Position numbers and translations under genes: made by a program
NCBI GenBank assembly: GCA_963743885.1
Contig: CAVURJ010000001.1
Coordinates: 566,321 to 630,320, forward strand
Direction of reading: 5' to 3'
Source of the DNA: Candidatus Moraniibacteriota bacterium
GTDB lineage: Bacteria > Patescibacteriota > Minisyncoccia > Moranbacterales > UBA1568
Length of the DNA: 64,000 nt
The notes under the pieces: generated by a model
What the model was told of the DNA's origin: nothing
What the model saw: only the letters and a program-made list of their open reading frames with translations
Database searches by the model: none
Shown here: positions 28,763 through 38,935 of the stretch, one piece after another
Layout: each line of letters starts with the position of its first letter
Numbering within the stretch: position 1 is the first letter of the stretch

Positions 28763-29933
28763 GAGAATAGCGCTGGTCCATGATTATCTGGTGCAGTACG
28801 GCGGAGCTGAGCGAGTGCTTGAAGCGTTCACCGAGCTTTATCCGTACGCGCCGATCTATACACTCATCCATGATCGCGAGGCGATGCATGGCGTTTTTGA
28901 CGATAAGCGGATCTACACGTCGTTTCTCCAGAAACTGCCGTTCTCGCGCAAGCGTCACCGCTTCTTCCCGCCACTCATGCCACTTGCGATCGAGCAGTTC
29001 GATTTTTCGAAATACGATGTCGTGCTGTCCGATTCGTCGAGCTATGCCAAGGGCATCATCACTCGTCCAGAGACACTCCATATCTCGTATGTGCATACGC
29101 CGATGCGCTATGCCTGGGACGACTGTCAGAAGTACACGCAGGACTTCGGCCTGCCGCGCTTCGTGAAGCGTTTGGTGCCGTTTTTCATGAATCCAATCCG
29201 GATCTGGGACAAGGCGAGCGCTGATCGCGTCGACCGTTTTTTGGCGAATTCTCAGTTCGTCGCCAAGCGTATTGCGAAATACTATCGCAAAGAGGCGACA
29301 GTCATCCATCCGCCGGTCAATGTGGACCGTTTCTATGTCGCTCGGCCGGAAGATCGCAAAGACTACTTTCTCATGGTAGGGCGGCTCATCGCGTACAAGC
29401 GTCACGATATCGCTATCGAGGCGTTCAACCGGCTGAAGCTCCCGCTCAAGATCATCGGTCGCGGTCCGGAGTTCGACCGTCTGAAGAAGCTGGCTGGACC
29501 GACGATCGAATTCCTCGGGCGTGTACCGGAAGAGGAGTTGCCGAAACAGTATGCTGAGTGTCGCGCGTTCGTCTTTCCACAGGAAGAGGATTTCGGCATC
29601 GTGGCGATCGAGGCGATGGCTGCCGGCCGACCGCTTATCGCCTATCGGGGCGGTGATATCGTCGAGCACCTCGAGGCAGGCAGGATGGGAGAGCTCTTCG
29701 ATGTCCAGAGCGCCGATGCGATCGAGGCGGCGGTACGCTCCTTCGATGAGAGCCACTATGACCCGGCTTATATTCGCTCCAAGTCGCTCTCCTTTGACAA
29801 AGAGCGGTTTAAGGCTACAATAAAGGACTATGTTGAAAATGCTCTCCAAGAGCATTTAATATCTAATTCCAAATTTCTAATTTCTAATGAAATATCTAAT
29901 GTCTCAATTCCGAATTCTAGCATTAGACATTAG
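28761..29933 (+). CDS. Glycosyltransferase family 4
   Basis: MRIALVHDYL..GGAERV; EEDFGIVAIEAMAAG. Confidence 0.92.
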   Translation: MRIALVHDYLVQYGGAERVLEAFTELYPYAPIYTLIHDREAMHGVFDDKRIYTSFLQKLPFSRKRHRFFPPLMPLAIEQFDFSKYDVVLSDSSSYAKGIITRPETLHISYVHTPMRYAWDDCQKYTQDFGLPRFVKRLVPFFMNPIRIWDKASADRVDRFLANSQFVAKRIAKYYRKEATVIHPPVNVDRFYVARPEDRKDYFLMVGRLIAYKRHDIAIEAFNRLKLPLKIIGRGPEFDRLKKLAGPTIEFLGRVPEEELPKQYAECRAFVFPQEEDFGIVAIEAMAAGRPLIAYRGGDIVEHLEAGRMGELFDVQSADAIEAAVRSFDESHYDPAYIRSKSLSFDKERFKATIKDYVENALQEHLISNSKFLISNEISNVSIPNSSIRH

Positions 29934-29971
29934 GATTTTTGTTAGGAATTAGTAATTAGATATTGGAAATT
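29861..29971. repeat. 7-nt periodic inverted repeat overlapping the 3' end of the GT gene
   Basis: tttctaa-tttctaa ... cattaga-cattagg ... aattagt-aattaga. Confidence 0.7.
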
Positions 29972-29976
29972 ATCTT

Positions 29977-30603
29977 ATGGAGTTTCGAGAGTATATTGAT
30001 ATCTTCAGGAAGCAGGCGAGGGCGTTCTGGCTCATTGCTGCTTTGCCGGTCGCAATCGCGTTCGCATGGCAGAGCCTCCAGCCGAAATCGTTCGATGCGG
30101 CTTTGCTCATCAATATCGGTCGTTCCGGCACACAGCAGACGACGGAGTATGCGTATGATGACTTCTATCGTCTCCAGGCCGATGAGCGGTTTGCTGATAC
30201 AGTGGTCCGCTGGCTCCAGTCGCCGCGCGTCGTCGAAGATATCTATGCCGAGGCCAAGATCGATACCGATGCGATCGGGCTGCGCGGGCTGAAGGGGTCG
30301 TTCTCTGGTAAGCGACTTTCTTCGCAGATGATCGAAGTGACGTATGGTGCCAGGAATGAACGCCAGGCCGTCGAGCTTTCGCGCGCCATCGTTTCCGTCC
30401 TCAATCGCTACACGGAAAGCTTGGATCAGGAGGGGAGCGAGCCGGGATGGTTCTCGGTGATCGGGAGTGATCCGGTCATCCGCGACGGTCGGACGAATCT
30501 TCTGGTCGCGCTCGGCATCGGCGCAGCCATCGGCATCTTCCTTGGGTTTTGGATTGTTCTCATCAGGCATTATTTCCAGTCAACAAAAAACAAACAACAG
30601 TAA
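29977..30603 (+). CDS. Wzz/CpsC-like polysaccharide chain-length protein
   Basis: Two terminal TMs with an extracellular loop, inside the GT cluster. Confidence 0.7.
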   Translation: MEFREYIDIFRKQARAFWLIAALPVAIAFAWQSLQPKSFDAALLINIGRSGTQQTTEYAYDDFYRLQADERFADTVVRWLQSPRVVEDIYAEAKIDTDAIGLRGLKGSFSGKRLSSQMIEVTYGARNERQAVELSRAIVSVLNRYTESLDQEGSEPGWFSVIGSDPVIRDGRTNLLVALGIGAAIGIFLGFWIVLIRHYFQSTKNKQQ

Positions 30604-30668
30604 ACGGAGAATGGGATGCTGAAGACGGATGATTTCTTGTTAACTGTTAGCTGTTGATTGTTCGCTGG
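30577..30668. repeat. 7-nt periodic inverted repeat
   Basis: caacaaa-aaacaaa-caacagt ... ttgttaa-ctgttag-ctgttga-ttgttcg. Confidence 0.7.
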
Positions 30669-30670
30669 AT

Positions 30671-31828
30671 ATGAAGATTGGCATAGACGTGCGGTGCCTC
30701 GCGGAGGGGAAGCGTACCGGAGTCGAAGAATACGTGATCGGGCTTTTGGAGGAGCTCTTCAAGCAGGATACGGAGAACGAGTATGTGCTCTTTTTCAACG
30801 CGCGCCGGTATGCTGTTCCTGATATCGCTCTCCGATGGGAGGCGGAGCATTCTCGTGTTTCCATCAAGTCTTTCCGTTTTCCGAACAAGCTGCTCAATCT
30901 CTCGCTCTGGTATCTCGGTTGGCCGAAGCTCGACCGTCTCGTTGGCGGTACGGATGTTTTTTTCTTGCCCAATCTCAATTTTGCGGCCGTGTCGCGGAAG
31001 ACGAAGCTTGTTGTGACGGCGCATGACCTTTCCTTCGAGCTCTATCCCGAGACGTTCTCCTGGCAGCGTCGTTTCTGGCATTTTCTCGTTGATTTCCGCC
31101 GCCTTGTCCGCCGAGCGGATTGGATCATCGCTGTTTCGCAGTCGACCAAGAGCGATCTTTCCTCGTACTACGGCATTCCGGAAGCGAAGATCACTGTCGT
31201 TCGGAGCGGTATCGCGGAGCGGTTCGTGTCGCTTTCCCGGAACGACCCGGCGTTGCTCGCGGTCAAGGAACGCTACCATCTGCCGTACCGGTTTATCCTC
31301 TCGCTTGGTACGTTTGAGCCGCGCAAGAATGCTATCTCGCTCATCCGGGCTTATGAAGCACTCATGGACCTCAAGCACCCGGTCCTCAGCCGGTATCACC
31401 TGGTCCTTGCCGGAGCGCGGGGTTGGAAGTGTGAAGACATCTATCAAGCGATTGAACAGTCGCCGCATCGCGATACGATTATCCTGACTGGCTTCGTGGA
31501 TGACCAGGACAAGCCGGCGCTCTACAGTCTTGCATCCGTATTCGCCTACCCGTCATTCTACGAAGGATTCGGATTCCCGCCACTTGAGGCGATGGCGTGC
31601 GGTGTGCCGGTGATTGTCTCGCATTCGTCGTCGCTCCCCGAGGTAGTCGGGGATGCGGGCGTCATGATCGATCCCTATCGTCCTGATGAACTTTTCCGTG
31701 CGCTTGACGAGACGCTCCGCGACCAGGAATTCCTCCAGTCGCTCCGTACACGCGGATCGGCGCGCGCCGCTTCGTTTACCTGGCGTGAGACTGCTCGTCA
31801 GACGCTCGATCTTTTCCGCTCGTTTTAG
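30671..31828 (+). CDS. Glycosyltransferase family 4
   Basis: [24 protein letters not shown]. Confidence 0.92.
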   Translation: MKIGIDVRCLAEGKRTGVEEYVIGLLEELFKQDTENEYVLFFNARRYAVPDIALRWEAEHSRVSIKSFRFPNKLLNLSLWYLGWPKLDRLVGGTDVFFLPNLNFAAVSRKTKLVVTAHDLSFELYPETFSWQRRFWHFLVDFRRLVRRADWIIAVSQSTKSDLSSYYGIPEAKITVVRSGIAERFVSLSRNDPALLAVKERYHLPYRFILSLGTFEPRKNAISLIRAYEALMDLKHPVLSRYHLVLAGARGWKCEDIYQAIEQSPHRDTIILTGFVDDQDKPALYSLASVFAYPSFYEGFGFPPLEAMACGVPVIVSHSSSLPEVVGDAGVMIDPYRPDELFRALDETLRDQEFLQSLRTRGSARAASFTWRETARQTLDLFRSF

Positions 31829-32161
31829 TCGGGCGGTTTTTTCTGTGGGGGGGGTTGTAAGATTACTCTGAGCAGTGCGTTTTATACCATGACGGGCTAC
31901 GGACCCGGTCTTATTGACAGATATTTTTCTTTTCTCTTGAGAACAGGGGTAAGATAAGAAGGTATCGGTCGGTGGGCTTCGGTCCGTTCGCCTGTCGCCA
32001 ATGAATCAGATCAATAAAAGAAGAAAGAAAAGAGGCGTCGAGCCTCTTTTTCGTTTTTCGATTCGTCCGGAATTGGTTTTTTGTGTAGAATGCGAACGTG
32101 GGTCATGGTTCGTTCACAACATGGCTTTTTTTGTTTCCAATCTTTTCCAAGGAGAACAAAA

Positions 32162-33442
32162 ATGGATGCGGGATACCTTTCACGGTACAGGTCGTCGTAT
32201 AGTCTGTTTTATGAGGGTTGTCTTGAGAAAGGGAGATTCAGGAATCGGTATGTCGCCGAAGGGACATCACTCGGCACCGGGATCGTTATCGAGGGTATCG
32301 GGCCAGTGATTTCTTTTTCCAACTTCGATACTCTCGGTATCGGTGCCTCTGCCGAGGCTAAGGAAGCCGCGATGCGGAACCTCTCTGTGTATGGGTTCGG
32401 ATTCTCCAATTCCCGCATGGCGCTCGATTCGGACGCGCACGTCCGGCTCGAGCGGGTCATACGGCAGTTCAAGCGTGCGGAAGCGTGTGTCGGAGTGGTA
32501 GGCGGATACGCTGCCAACGAGATGCTCCTTTCGCTGCTTCTCGCGCGGAAGGTGAAGACGTTCGGTGGTGGCCGGCTGCGCATAGCATCGGATGCGCTTG
32601 TCTGCGTGGACGAGTTTTCTCATGCATCGATTCAGAACGCGGTCGGCGTGTATAGGAATGATCCGAAAGTCATCATCAGGCCGTTCCGTCATGCCGATTA
32701 CGTGCAGCTCGAAGAATTGCTGGCGCCGACGGCTGACAGGGATGATTTCGACCGCTTTATCGTGGTCGACAGCTTGTTTTCCGTGAATGGCGATTTCGCC
32801 GACGTGAAGCGGCTGCACGCGCTTGCCAGGCAGTATCGCGCCTTCCTCGTGATTGACAATGCTCATAGCGACGGAGGGTACGGACCGCAAGGGAGAGGGG
32901 TGGTCGAGGATGCAGGTATCTGCGATCCAGAGGATCTCGGATGCATCTTCCAGTCCGGAACGTTCAGTAAGACGCTGGCTGGGGCGGTCGGAGGATATGT
33001 AACTATTTTCTCCGAGTTAGCGGATCTGGCACGAGCTTCGGATCAGCGGGCGGTTTTTTCGGCCGGATTGCCGAGTTTCCTCGTAGCGACGTATGCGGAT
33101 CTCGTAGAGATGATCCAGGGACCGCTGGGCGACGAGCGCCGTACGCGTCTCGCGCGCAACTCGGCGTTCTTGCGCGAAGCATTGAAAGAGAAGGGATTCG
33201 ATACGATGGAATCGGCCTCCCATATCATCCCGGTCGTTACCGGGGATGAAGGTAGGAGGTGCTATGCCATCCAAGACTATCTTCTGCGTGATCGCCGCCA
33301 GTTCTACACCGCTATGAAGTGGCCGTCCGTACCGAAGAGGCGCGATCTCATAAGGATCGTCGTTTCAGCCCTGCATACGGATTCCCATCTTGAGCAGGTG
33401 GTGGGCGCCTTTGTCGGTGCGCGGGAAAAGTTCCGGTTCTGA
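32162..33442 (+). CDS. PLP-dependent alpha-oxoamine synthase family enzyme (BioF/KBL/SPT/CqsA-LqsA-like)
   Basis: SD AAGGAG then ATG 32162; HASI, FRH.D, DSLFSVNGD, DNAH, GTFSK (PLP Lys), SHIIPV. Confidence 0.85.
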   Translation: MDAGYLSRYRSSYSLFYEGCLEKGRFRNRYVAEGTSLGTGIVIEGIGPVISFSNFDTLGIGASAEAKEAAMRNLSVYGFGFSNSRMALDSDAHVRLERVIRQFKRAEACVGVVGGYAANEMLLSLLLARKVKTFGGGRLRIASDALVCVDEFSHASIQNAVGVYRNDPKVIIRPFRHADYVQLEELLAPTADRDDFDRFIVVDSLFSVNGDFADVKRLHALARQYRAFLVIDNAHSDGGYGPQGRGVVEDAGICDPEDLGCIFQSGTFSKTLAGAVGGYVTIFSELADLARASDQRAVFSAGLPSFLVATYADLVEMIQGPLGDERRTRLARNSAFLREALKEKGFDTMESASHIIPVVTGDEGRRCYAIQDYLLRDRRQFYTAMKWPSVPKRRDLIRIVVSALHTDSHLEQVVGAFVGAREKFRF

Positions 33443-33526
33443 ACCTCGTATAAGGTACCGCTCTCATGTTACAATGTGATATGAGGGCGGCACCTGTTTT
33501 TTTGCGTTATCGAATACCAGCTTAGT

Positions 33527-35149
33527 ATGGGCCAGATCATTCTTGTAGCAGCCATATTGAATATCTTCCTCGGGGCACTCGCTTTGGGAAGAGGCGAGAG
33601 AAAGAAAGAGATCATTTCTTTCGGTTGGTTCTGCATCATTACTGGCTTTTGGGGACTTTCGAATTTCATCGCGTACTATGTTTTTTTTGATGCGGTCCTT
33701 GTCCGGCTGACATATGCCTCTGGTGCGCTCATGGTCGCATCGCTCTTTGCCTGGTCGCTTTTCTACAACGGCCAACTCAAAAGCTATCGGTTGCATATCA
33801 CGGCCTATCTCGCCGGTATCATCATGGGAATACTCTCGATGTTTGACGGATTCGTTGTCGGGGCGATCCGAAGCGTGAGCGTGAGCGGCATCGACGCGGA
33901 TGAAGGCCGATTCTTCGGTCTCTTCAGTCTTTATCTTTTCCTGATGATTATCGGATCGGTTGTCCATGTCGCTATTCTTCGGCATCGGTTTTCCGGTCTT
34001 AAGAGACGTCAGGCGGGGTTTGTCCTGATCGGTGTCTCTATTTTCATGCTCAATACCCTTTTGGTGAGCGGTGTGTTGCCGACATTCGGTATTTTTGACT
34101 ATACCAATCTTGATAGCCCGAGTTCGCTCATCTTCGTCCTGTTCACTATGGTAGCCGTGGTACGTCATAGGCTGCTTGGCGCTAAAGTCATCCTGGCGCA
34201 GGTTTTGGTGGGTGTCCTTGTGGCGACTTCGCTCATCCAGCTGCTTAATTCCCGATCCTTTTCGGATTGGGTGATGAATTCTGTGGCATTGATGACGGTT
34301 CTTGTTGTTGGAGCGCTTCTTGTGAAAAGCGTTATGGACGAAGTGCGGCGCAAGGATGAGCTCGAAAGGATGACGAAGCAGCTGAAGGCTGCCAATCAGG
34401 AGCTGCGTCGATTGGATGTCGCCAAGTCGGAGTTCATTTCCATCGCGTCGCATCAGCTGCGCACGCCGCTCTCCGCCGTCAAAGGCTATGTTTCGCTCAT
34501 GCTCGAGGGATCATATGGTGTAGTAAGCACCAAGATGCAGGACGCACTCGATAAGGTGTATCTCATCAATGGTCACCTTGCTTCGCTCGTTGATGACCTC
34601 CTGGATATCTCACGTATCGAATCCGGGAAGGTAGAGTACCATTTTATCCCGCTCAGCCTTGAGCTGATCGTCTCTGAGATTGCCGACATGTTCGCTGTCT
34701 TAGCAAGGAGTAGGGGGGTATCTTTGGAGCTAGTCTCTCCGAAGAAACCGTTGCCGAAACTTCCGCTCGACGAGAGCAAGATACGTGAAGTCGTTTCGAA
34801 CCTCATCGACAATGCTCTCAAGTATACCGAGCGGGGCAGGGTGAAGGTGTCTTTCGAATCGCATGCGCGGTCGGTGCGGCTCATCGTTGAAGACACGGGC
34901 GCAGGCATCGCTGCTGAGGATATGCCGCGCCTTTTTGAGAAATTCATCCGCAGCCGCAACACATCGGTAATCGATGTCTCGGGCACTGGTCTCGGGCTCT
35001 ATGTGAGCCGCAATTTCATCGAAGCGCACGGCGGCCGGATCTGGGCAGAGTCTGAAGGTCTCGGCAGAGGCTCGCGTTTTATCGTGGAGTTGCCAATCCG
35101 ACGGGAGAAAAAAGTGGTTTCACTAGCAAAAACCGATTTTAGTCATTGA
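33527..35149 (+). CDS. Sensor histidine kinase with multi-TM (HisKA_7TM-like) N-terminus
   Basis: H-box SHQLRTPL, N-box NLIDNALKYT, DTGAGI, GTGLGL. Confidence 0.92.
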   Translation: MGQIILVAAILNIFLGALALGRGERKKEIISFGWFCIITGFWGLSNFIAYYVFFDAVLVRLTYASGALMVASLFAWSLFYNGQLKSYRLHITAYLAGIIMGILSMFDGFVVGAIRSVSVSGIDADEGRFFGLFSLYLFLMIIGSVVHVAILRHRFSGLKRRQAGFVLIGVSIFMLNTLLVSGVLPTFGIFDYTNLDSPSSLIFVLFTMVAVVRHRLLGAKVILAQVLVGVLVATSLIQLLNSRSFSDWVMNSVALMTVLVVGALLVKSVMDEVRRKDELERMTKQLKAANQELRRLDVAKSEFISIASHQLRTPLSAVKGYVSLMLEGSYGVVSTKMQDALDKVYLINGHLASLVDDLLDISRIESGKVEYHFIPLSLELIVSEIADMFAVLARSRGVSLELVSPKKPLPKLPLDESKIREVVSNLIDNALKYTERGRVKVSFESHARSVRLIVEDTGAGIAAEDMPRLFEKFIRSRNTSVIDVSGTGLGLYVSRNFIEAHGGRIWAESEGLGRGSRFIVELPIRREKKVVSLAKTDFSH

Positions 35150-35174
35150 CAAAGTGGCTTTATTCTACTATTAT
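35146..35174 (+). promoter_or_regulatory. sigma70 promoter for speD
   Basis: TTGACA-N17-TATTAT. Confidence 0.7.
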
Positions 35175-35221
35175 TTAATGTGTAAGTTTTGAGTTAGTTG
35201 GTTTTTTTATACTATTTTTTA

Positions 35222-35617
35222 ATGGATATGGAGGGACAGACGCATTTCGGTGAACATTTGATGCTGGATGGTTACGGTGGATCATTCGAAAAACTGAACG
35301 ACAAGGACTTGGTGCTCGCGTCGCTCAATGAACTACCAGAAATGCTTGATATGCATAAGCTGGCCGAACCTGAAGTATACTTTGCTGAGGGTAATGGAGG
35401 GAAGGATCCGGGCGGTTGGAGCGGCTTCGTTGTCATCCAGGAGAGTCATATCAGCATCCATACTTTTCCAGCTCGCGGATTCGTGAGCATCGATGCGTAT
35501 ACCTGTAAGAACGGACTGGATACGGAGAGGGTTATCGGGTATTTCACTGATCGTTTCGAACTCAAGGATACTGAAGTGAATCTTATTGAGAGAGGAAAAA
35601 AATATACACAAGAATAA
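35222..35617 (+). CDS. speD: S-adenosylmethionine decarboxylase proenzyme (pyruvoyl class 1B-like)
   Basis: FGEHLMLDGY, ESHISIHTFP self-cleavage motif, DAYTC. Confidence 0.85.
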   Translation: MDMEGQTHFGEHLMLDGYGGSFEKLNDKDLVLASLNELPEMLDMHKLAEPEVYFAEGNGGKDPGGWSGFVVIQESHISIHTFPARGFVSIDAYTCKNGLDTERVIGYFTDRFELKDTEVNLIERGKKYTQE

Positions 35618-35622
35618 ATTTC

Positions 35623-35706
35623 TTATTACCAAACGAAGCGAGTGAAACGAAAGCGTACTTTTGTTTCCGAGCGCAGTGTTGGTAAAATCGGGTCAATACC
35701 CGTTAT
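35623..35706 (+). mobile_element. Family C element
   Basis: ttat-taccaaacgaagcgagtgaaacg...ggtaaaatcgggtcaatacccg-ttat. Confidence 0.8.
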
Positions 35707-35788
35707 TTTGATGTCACACTGGATATTTTCCAGGACATATTTCGGAATGAGTTATTTTGACAACCTTTGATTGCCGAGGAGGCAGGAA

Positions 35789-36241
35789 ATGAAACTGAGA
35801 AAGCAGCTGAGCTGGTTTACTGGCGCGCTGTTCGCGCTTCTTTGTGTGTTGTTTATCGTAACCTGGTGGCGTGACGGGTCAGAGTTTTTCAATGAGTCGT
35901 ATGGTATCGATCCGGTGCTTCTGACGGTAATTGCGATAGGTACGGAAGTGCTGTTCAATATCGGTGTCGTCATGATGCTGGTCGGGAGCGGGATGCACAG
36001 GCTGACCATTAAGGAAATATGGGATTTTGATTTTGAGAGAATCCGTTTTTCTGGTAATTTGGTGCATGTTGGATTCTGGTTGAACCGCGTTGTCTCGGCT
36101 GTGCCATCGAGCTATGTCTTGCTCGTCGGGTTTTCGAAGCTGCCTGGCTGGGTGAATACCCTTCTTTTTCTCGAGCTTTTTGGCGTAGTATTGGCCGGAT
36201 TTCTCATCAAGTCGTATCTTTTGGAAGAACGAACGGTTTGA
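35789..36241 (+). CDS. 4-TM membrane hypothetical protein
   Basis: SD GAGGAGG; hydrophobic helices; bidirectional terminator at 36267-36310. Confidence 0.7.
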   Translation: MKLRKQLSWFTGALFALLCVLFIVTWWRDGSEFFNESYGIDPVLLTVIAIGTEVLFNIGVVMMLVGSGMHRLTIKEIWDFDFERIRFSGNLVHVGFWLNRVVSAVPSSYVLLVGFSKLPGWVNTLLFLELFGVVLAGFLIKSYLLEERTV

Positions 36242-36313
36242 AAGTATCTGGTTGGCATGTGTGACGAAAAAAAACAGCGGGAACGTTCCGAATGGAATGT
36301 TCCCGCTTTTCCT

Positions 36314-37030
36314 TTAGAGTAGCCATCGGCGAGCGAGACGCGCAATGTTGTCCATAATCTTTTTCGGAATCCATCGTGTGTATCGGTAGAACGGATTCGG
36401 ATAAAACATCAGGACCCCATAGTTACAACTGTCAGGATCTTCCATATATCCAGGAATAATCCGGATGACGTTGAATCCGTCGTTTTGATACATGCGAACT
36501 TCTGGGTCGCGGCTCCGACCGTTTTTACCGAAGACATGATCTTCTATGGTTGTTGTCGCTGACCGTTTTCTAAATCCCGGGACTCGTGATCCAAGGAAGA
36601 CTCCTTTTTTTCCGGAGAGAATCACGAAGAACAGGATACTTTTTTCGACTAATTGATCGCCTACATCTTTTCCTTGGGCAGATGGTAGGACCGAAAGGTC
36701 GAGACCGAATGCGCTATCACCATTTTTGTTGTGGGTTAAAAATGTTCCATCGGCACTGGTGATTTCCCAAGTTTCTGCATTGAGCGCATCGTGTTCATTT
36801 AAGTAAATAGCACTCATAGTTCCTACAACTACACCATTTTTTGTAGCGCAATAAATAGTGTTGGGACAATGTAGAAATTGAGAGAGAACCTTTTCTCTGG
36901 TCCATAAATAACGCTCTGGAACATCTGGCCATACTTCTCGATTGATTTCGACGAATCGGTCAGCAAGGGCGATTTGGTCGTGGCCATGATGAAGTAAATC
37001 AGCGATGCACTTAATTGTGGTGCGGTACAT
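36314..37030 (-). CDS. GNAT-family N-acyltransferase (YkwB-like)
   Basis: W..ITSADGTF.TH..NG, DLSVLPSAQGKDVG acyl-CoA motif, GSRVPGF, DP.V, EDPDSCNYGVLM.YPNP. Confidence 0.8.
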   Translation of the reverse strand: MYRTTIKCIADLLHHGHDQIALADRFVEINREVWPDVPERYLWTREKVLSQFLHCPNTIYCATKNGVVVGTMSAIYLNEHDALNAETWEITSADGTFLTHNKNGDSAFGLDLSVLPSAQGKDVGDQLVEKSILFFVILSGKKGVFLGSRVPGFRKRSATTTIEDHVFGKNGRSRDPEVRMYQNDGFNVIRIIPGYMEDPDSCNYGVLMFYPNPFYRYTRWIPKKIMDNIARLARRWLL

Positions 37031-37168
37031 GTAAGCTTCCTTTCTTTGTTAAAGATCAGCCAGGATTATCTCAAAATATTCTTGTTTAGTCAAGCCATTC
37101 CATACTAGTTGTCTTGCTGTTGAGAACAGAAAAAGATACTATGGTAGTAAATAAACCTGTATTCATTT

Positions 37169-38857
37169 ATGTTACTTATTCCTGAAAGCATCTTTCTGTG
37201 GGGAACAGTGTTCCTTGTATTTTTTATTGGAGCCTTTGTTGTTTATAAAGATCCGAAACAATATTTGAATAAGAGTTTTTTTCTATTCACGTTGGCAGTG
37301 ATAATTTGGATTATTGCTGTATACTTTGAGGATAATGTTTCCAATCCGATAACGCGCATTTATTTACTTAATCTTGATTTTTCAGCAGGCGCTTTTTTGG
37401 TGTTTAGTTTGTTGCTGTTGTGTCTTGATATGGTCCAGTCTGATTTGGTGAGAAGGCCACTAGCAAGAGTGTTAATTTTTGTTATTCCGGTTATTTTGAG
37501 TGTTCTTATTTTTAGTTCAGATTTTATTATAAGTGGTTATGAATTTTCAAAATTTGGCATACTAGTTCCGATGTATGGTAGTTTTGGATTTCTTTATGAT
37601 GTGATAGTTGCTATTGTCGCTTTGGCTGGACTTGGCATTGTGTTATGGAAATATAATGACGTTGGTTCTGCTGATAAGACTCGTTACGCATATTTCATGG
37701 TTGGACTTCTTCTTTCTATATTGACCGCGCTGGTCACTAATGTCATCCTTGGCGATTATATACAGAATAGCCCGTATTATAGTATTTATTCTCGCTTCGG
37801 AATTTATGGGATGCTTTTTATAGTCTTGTTTCCGGGTTACGCGATTATTCGGCATAAGCTTTTTAATATTCGTGTAATTGCTGCTGAGACGCTTTCTTTT
37901 CTGATGCTACTTATCATGTTCGTTCAGATATTCTTTTCTGAGAACATGTTCCAGATTTTTGCCAGAGCCCTTTTGTTTCTCGTGTTCTTTATTCTTGTCG
38001 TCATGCTTATTCGTTCCATTGAGAACGAAGTCGAGCGCAAGGAGGAGCTGCAGATGATCTCGGACAGCTTGGCGTCGGCCAATGAGCGGCTGCGACGGCT
38101 CGATAACGCCAAGTCGGAGTTCATCTCCATCGCGTCGCACCAGTTGCGCACACCGCTTACTGCCATCAAGGGATATGTCTCGCTCATCCTCGAGGGGTCG
38201 TACGGCAAGGTGAGCGCGGAAGTGGAGGACGTGCTCGAGAAAGTGTACGGGGTCCAGGGGCAGCTCGCGCAGCTCGTCGAGGATTTGCTCAATGTCTCTC
38301 GCATCGAGTCTGGTCGTATCCAGTATCAGTATGCGCCGGTCCGACTTGAGATGATCATCACTGATCTGGTTGATATGTTTTCAATCACAGCCAAGGACAA
38401 GGGAATCGCGCTTCGGATGCATCTCTCCAAGAAGGCGTTGCCACAGCTTACGATCGATGCCGGGAAGATCAAGGAGACAATCTCCAATCTTATCGATAAC
38501 GCCGTGAAGTATACGCCGCAGGGTGGGGAAGTAAGGATTTTTCTTGAGGGCGATGAAGAGCGTCACGTGGCGCGCGTGACCGTCGAGGATACCGGTGTCG
38601 GCATCCTTCCGGAAGATAAGGACAGACTGTTTGAAAAGTTCGTGAGGAGCAAGGAGACGGCGAAGATGGTGACATCTGGCACGGGTCTCGGCCTGTACGT
38701 TGGCAAGAACTTCGTCGAGGCGCATGGCGGCCGGATCTGGGCAGAATCGGAAGGTCAGGGGCAAGGGGCGCGTTTCATTGTGGAGCTGCCGTACGAGTAT
38801 TCCGCTGCCGGTCGTGATGAGGTCGCGACATTCGGCAAGAGCTATGAGGGGAAGTAG
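37169..38857 (+). CDS. Sensor histidine kinase with multi-TM (HisKA_7TM-like) N-terminus
   Basis: SHQLRTPL, NLIDNAVKYT, DTGVGI, GTGLGL; AT-rich sensor half. Confidence 0.92.
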   Translation: MLLIPESIFLWGTVFLVFFIGAFVVYKDPKQYLNKSFFLFTLAVIIWIIAVYFEDNVSNPITRIYLLNLDFSAGAFLVFSLLLLCLDMVQSDLVRRPLARVLIFVIPVILSVLIFSSDFIISGYEFSKFGILVPMYGSFGFLYDVIVAIVALAGLGIVLWKYNDVGSADKTRYAYFMVGLLLSILTALVTNVILGDYIQNSPYYSIYSRFGIYGMLFIVLFPGYAIIRHKLFNIRVIAAETLSFLMLLIMFVQIFFSENMFQIFARALLFLVFFILVVMLIRSIENEVERKEELQMISDSLASANERLRRLDNAKSEFISIASHQLRTPLTAIKGYVSLILEGSYGKVSAEVEDVLEKVYGVQGQLAQLVEDLLNVSRIESGRIQYQYAPVRLEMIITDLVDMFSITAKDKGIALRMHLSKKALPQLTIDAGKIKETISNLIDNAVKYTPQGGEVRIFLEGDEERHVARVTVEDTGVGILPEDKDRLFEKFVRSKETAKMVTSGTGLGLYVGKNFVEAHGGRIWAESEGQGQGARFIVELPYEYSAAGRDEVATFGKSYEGK

Positions 38858-38935
38858 TGGAAAAGATTGATTTTCCGGTCTTTTTCTGCTACCGTAAAGG
38901 GGAAATTTGCTTTCAGAAAAAAATAATATATCAAT

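Noticed and set aside
32162-33442. Calling this gene bioF
   Set aside because: No other bio genes are nearby and substrate motifs have diverged, so only the family-level call is supported.
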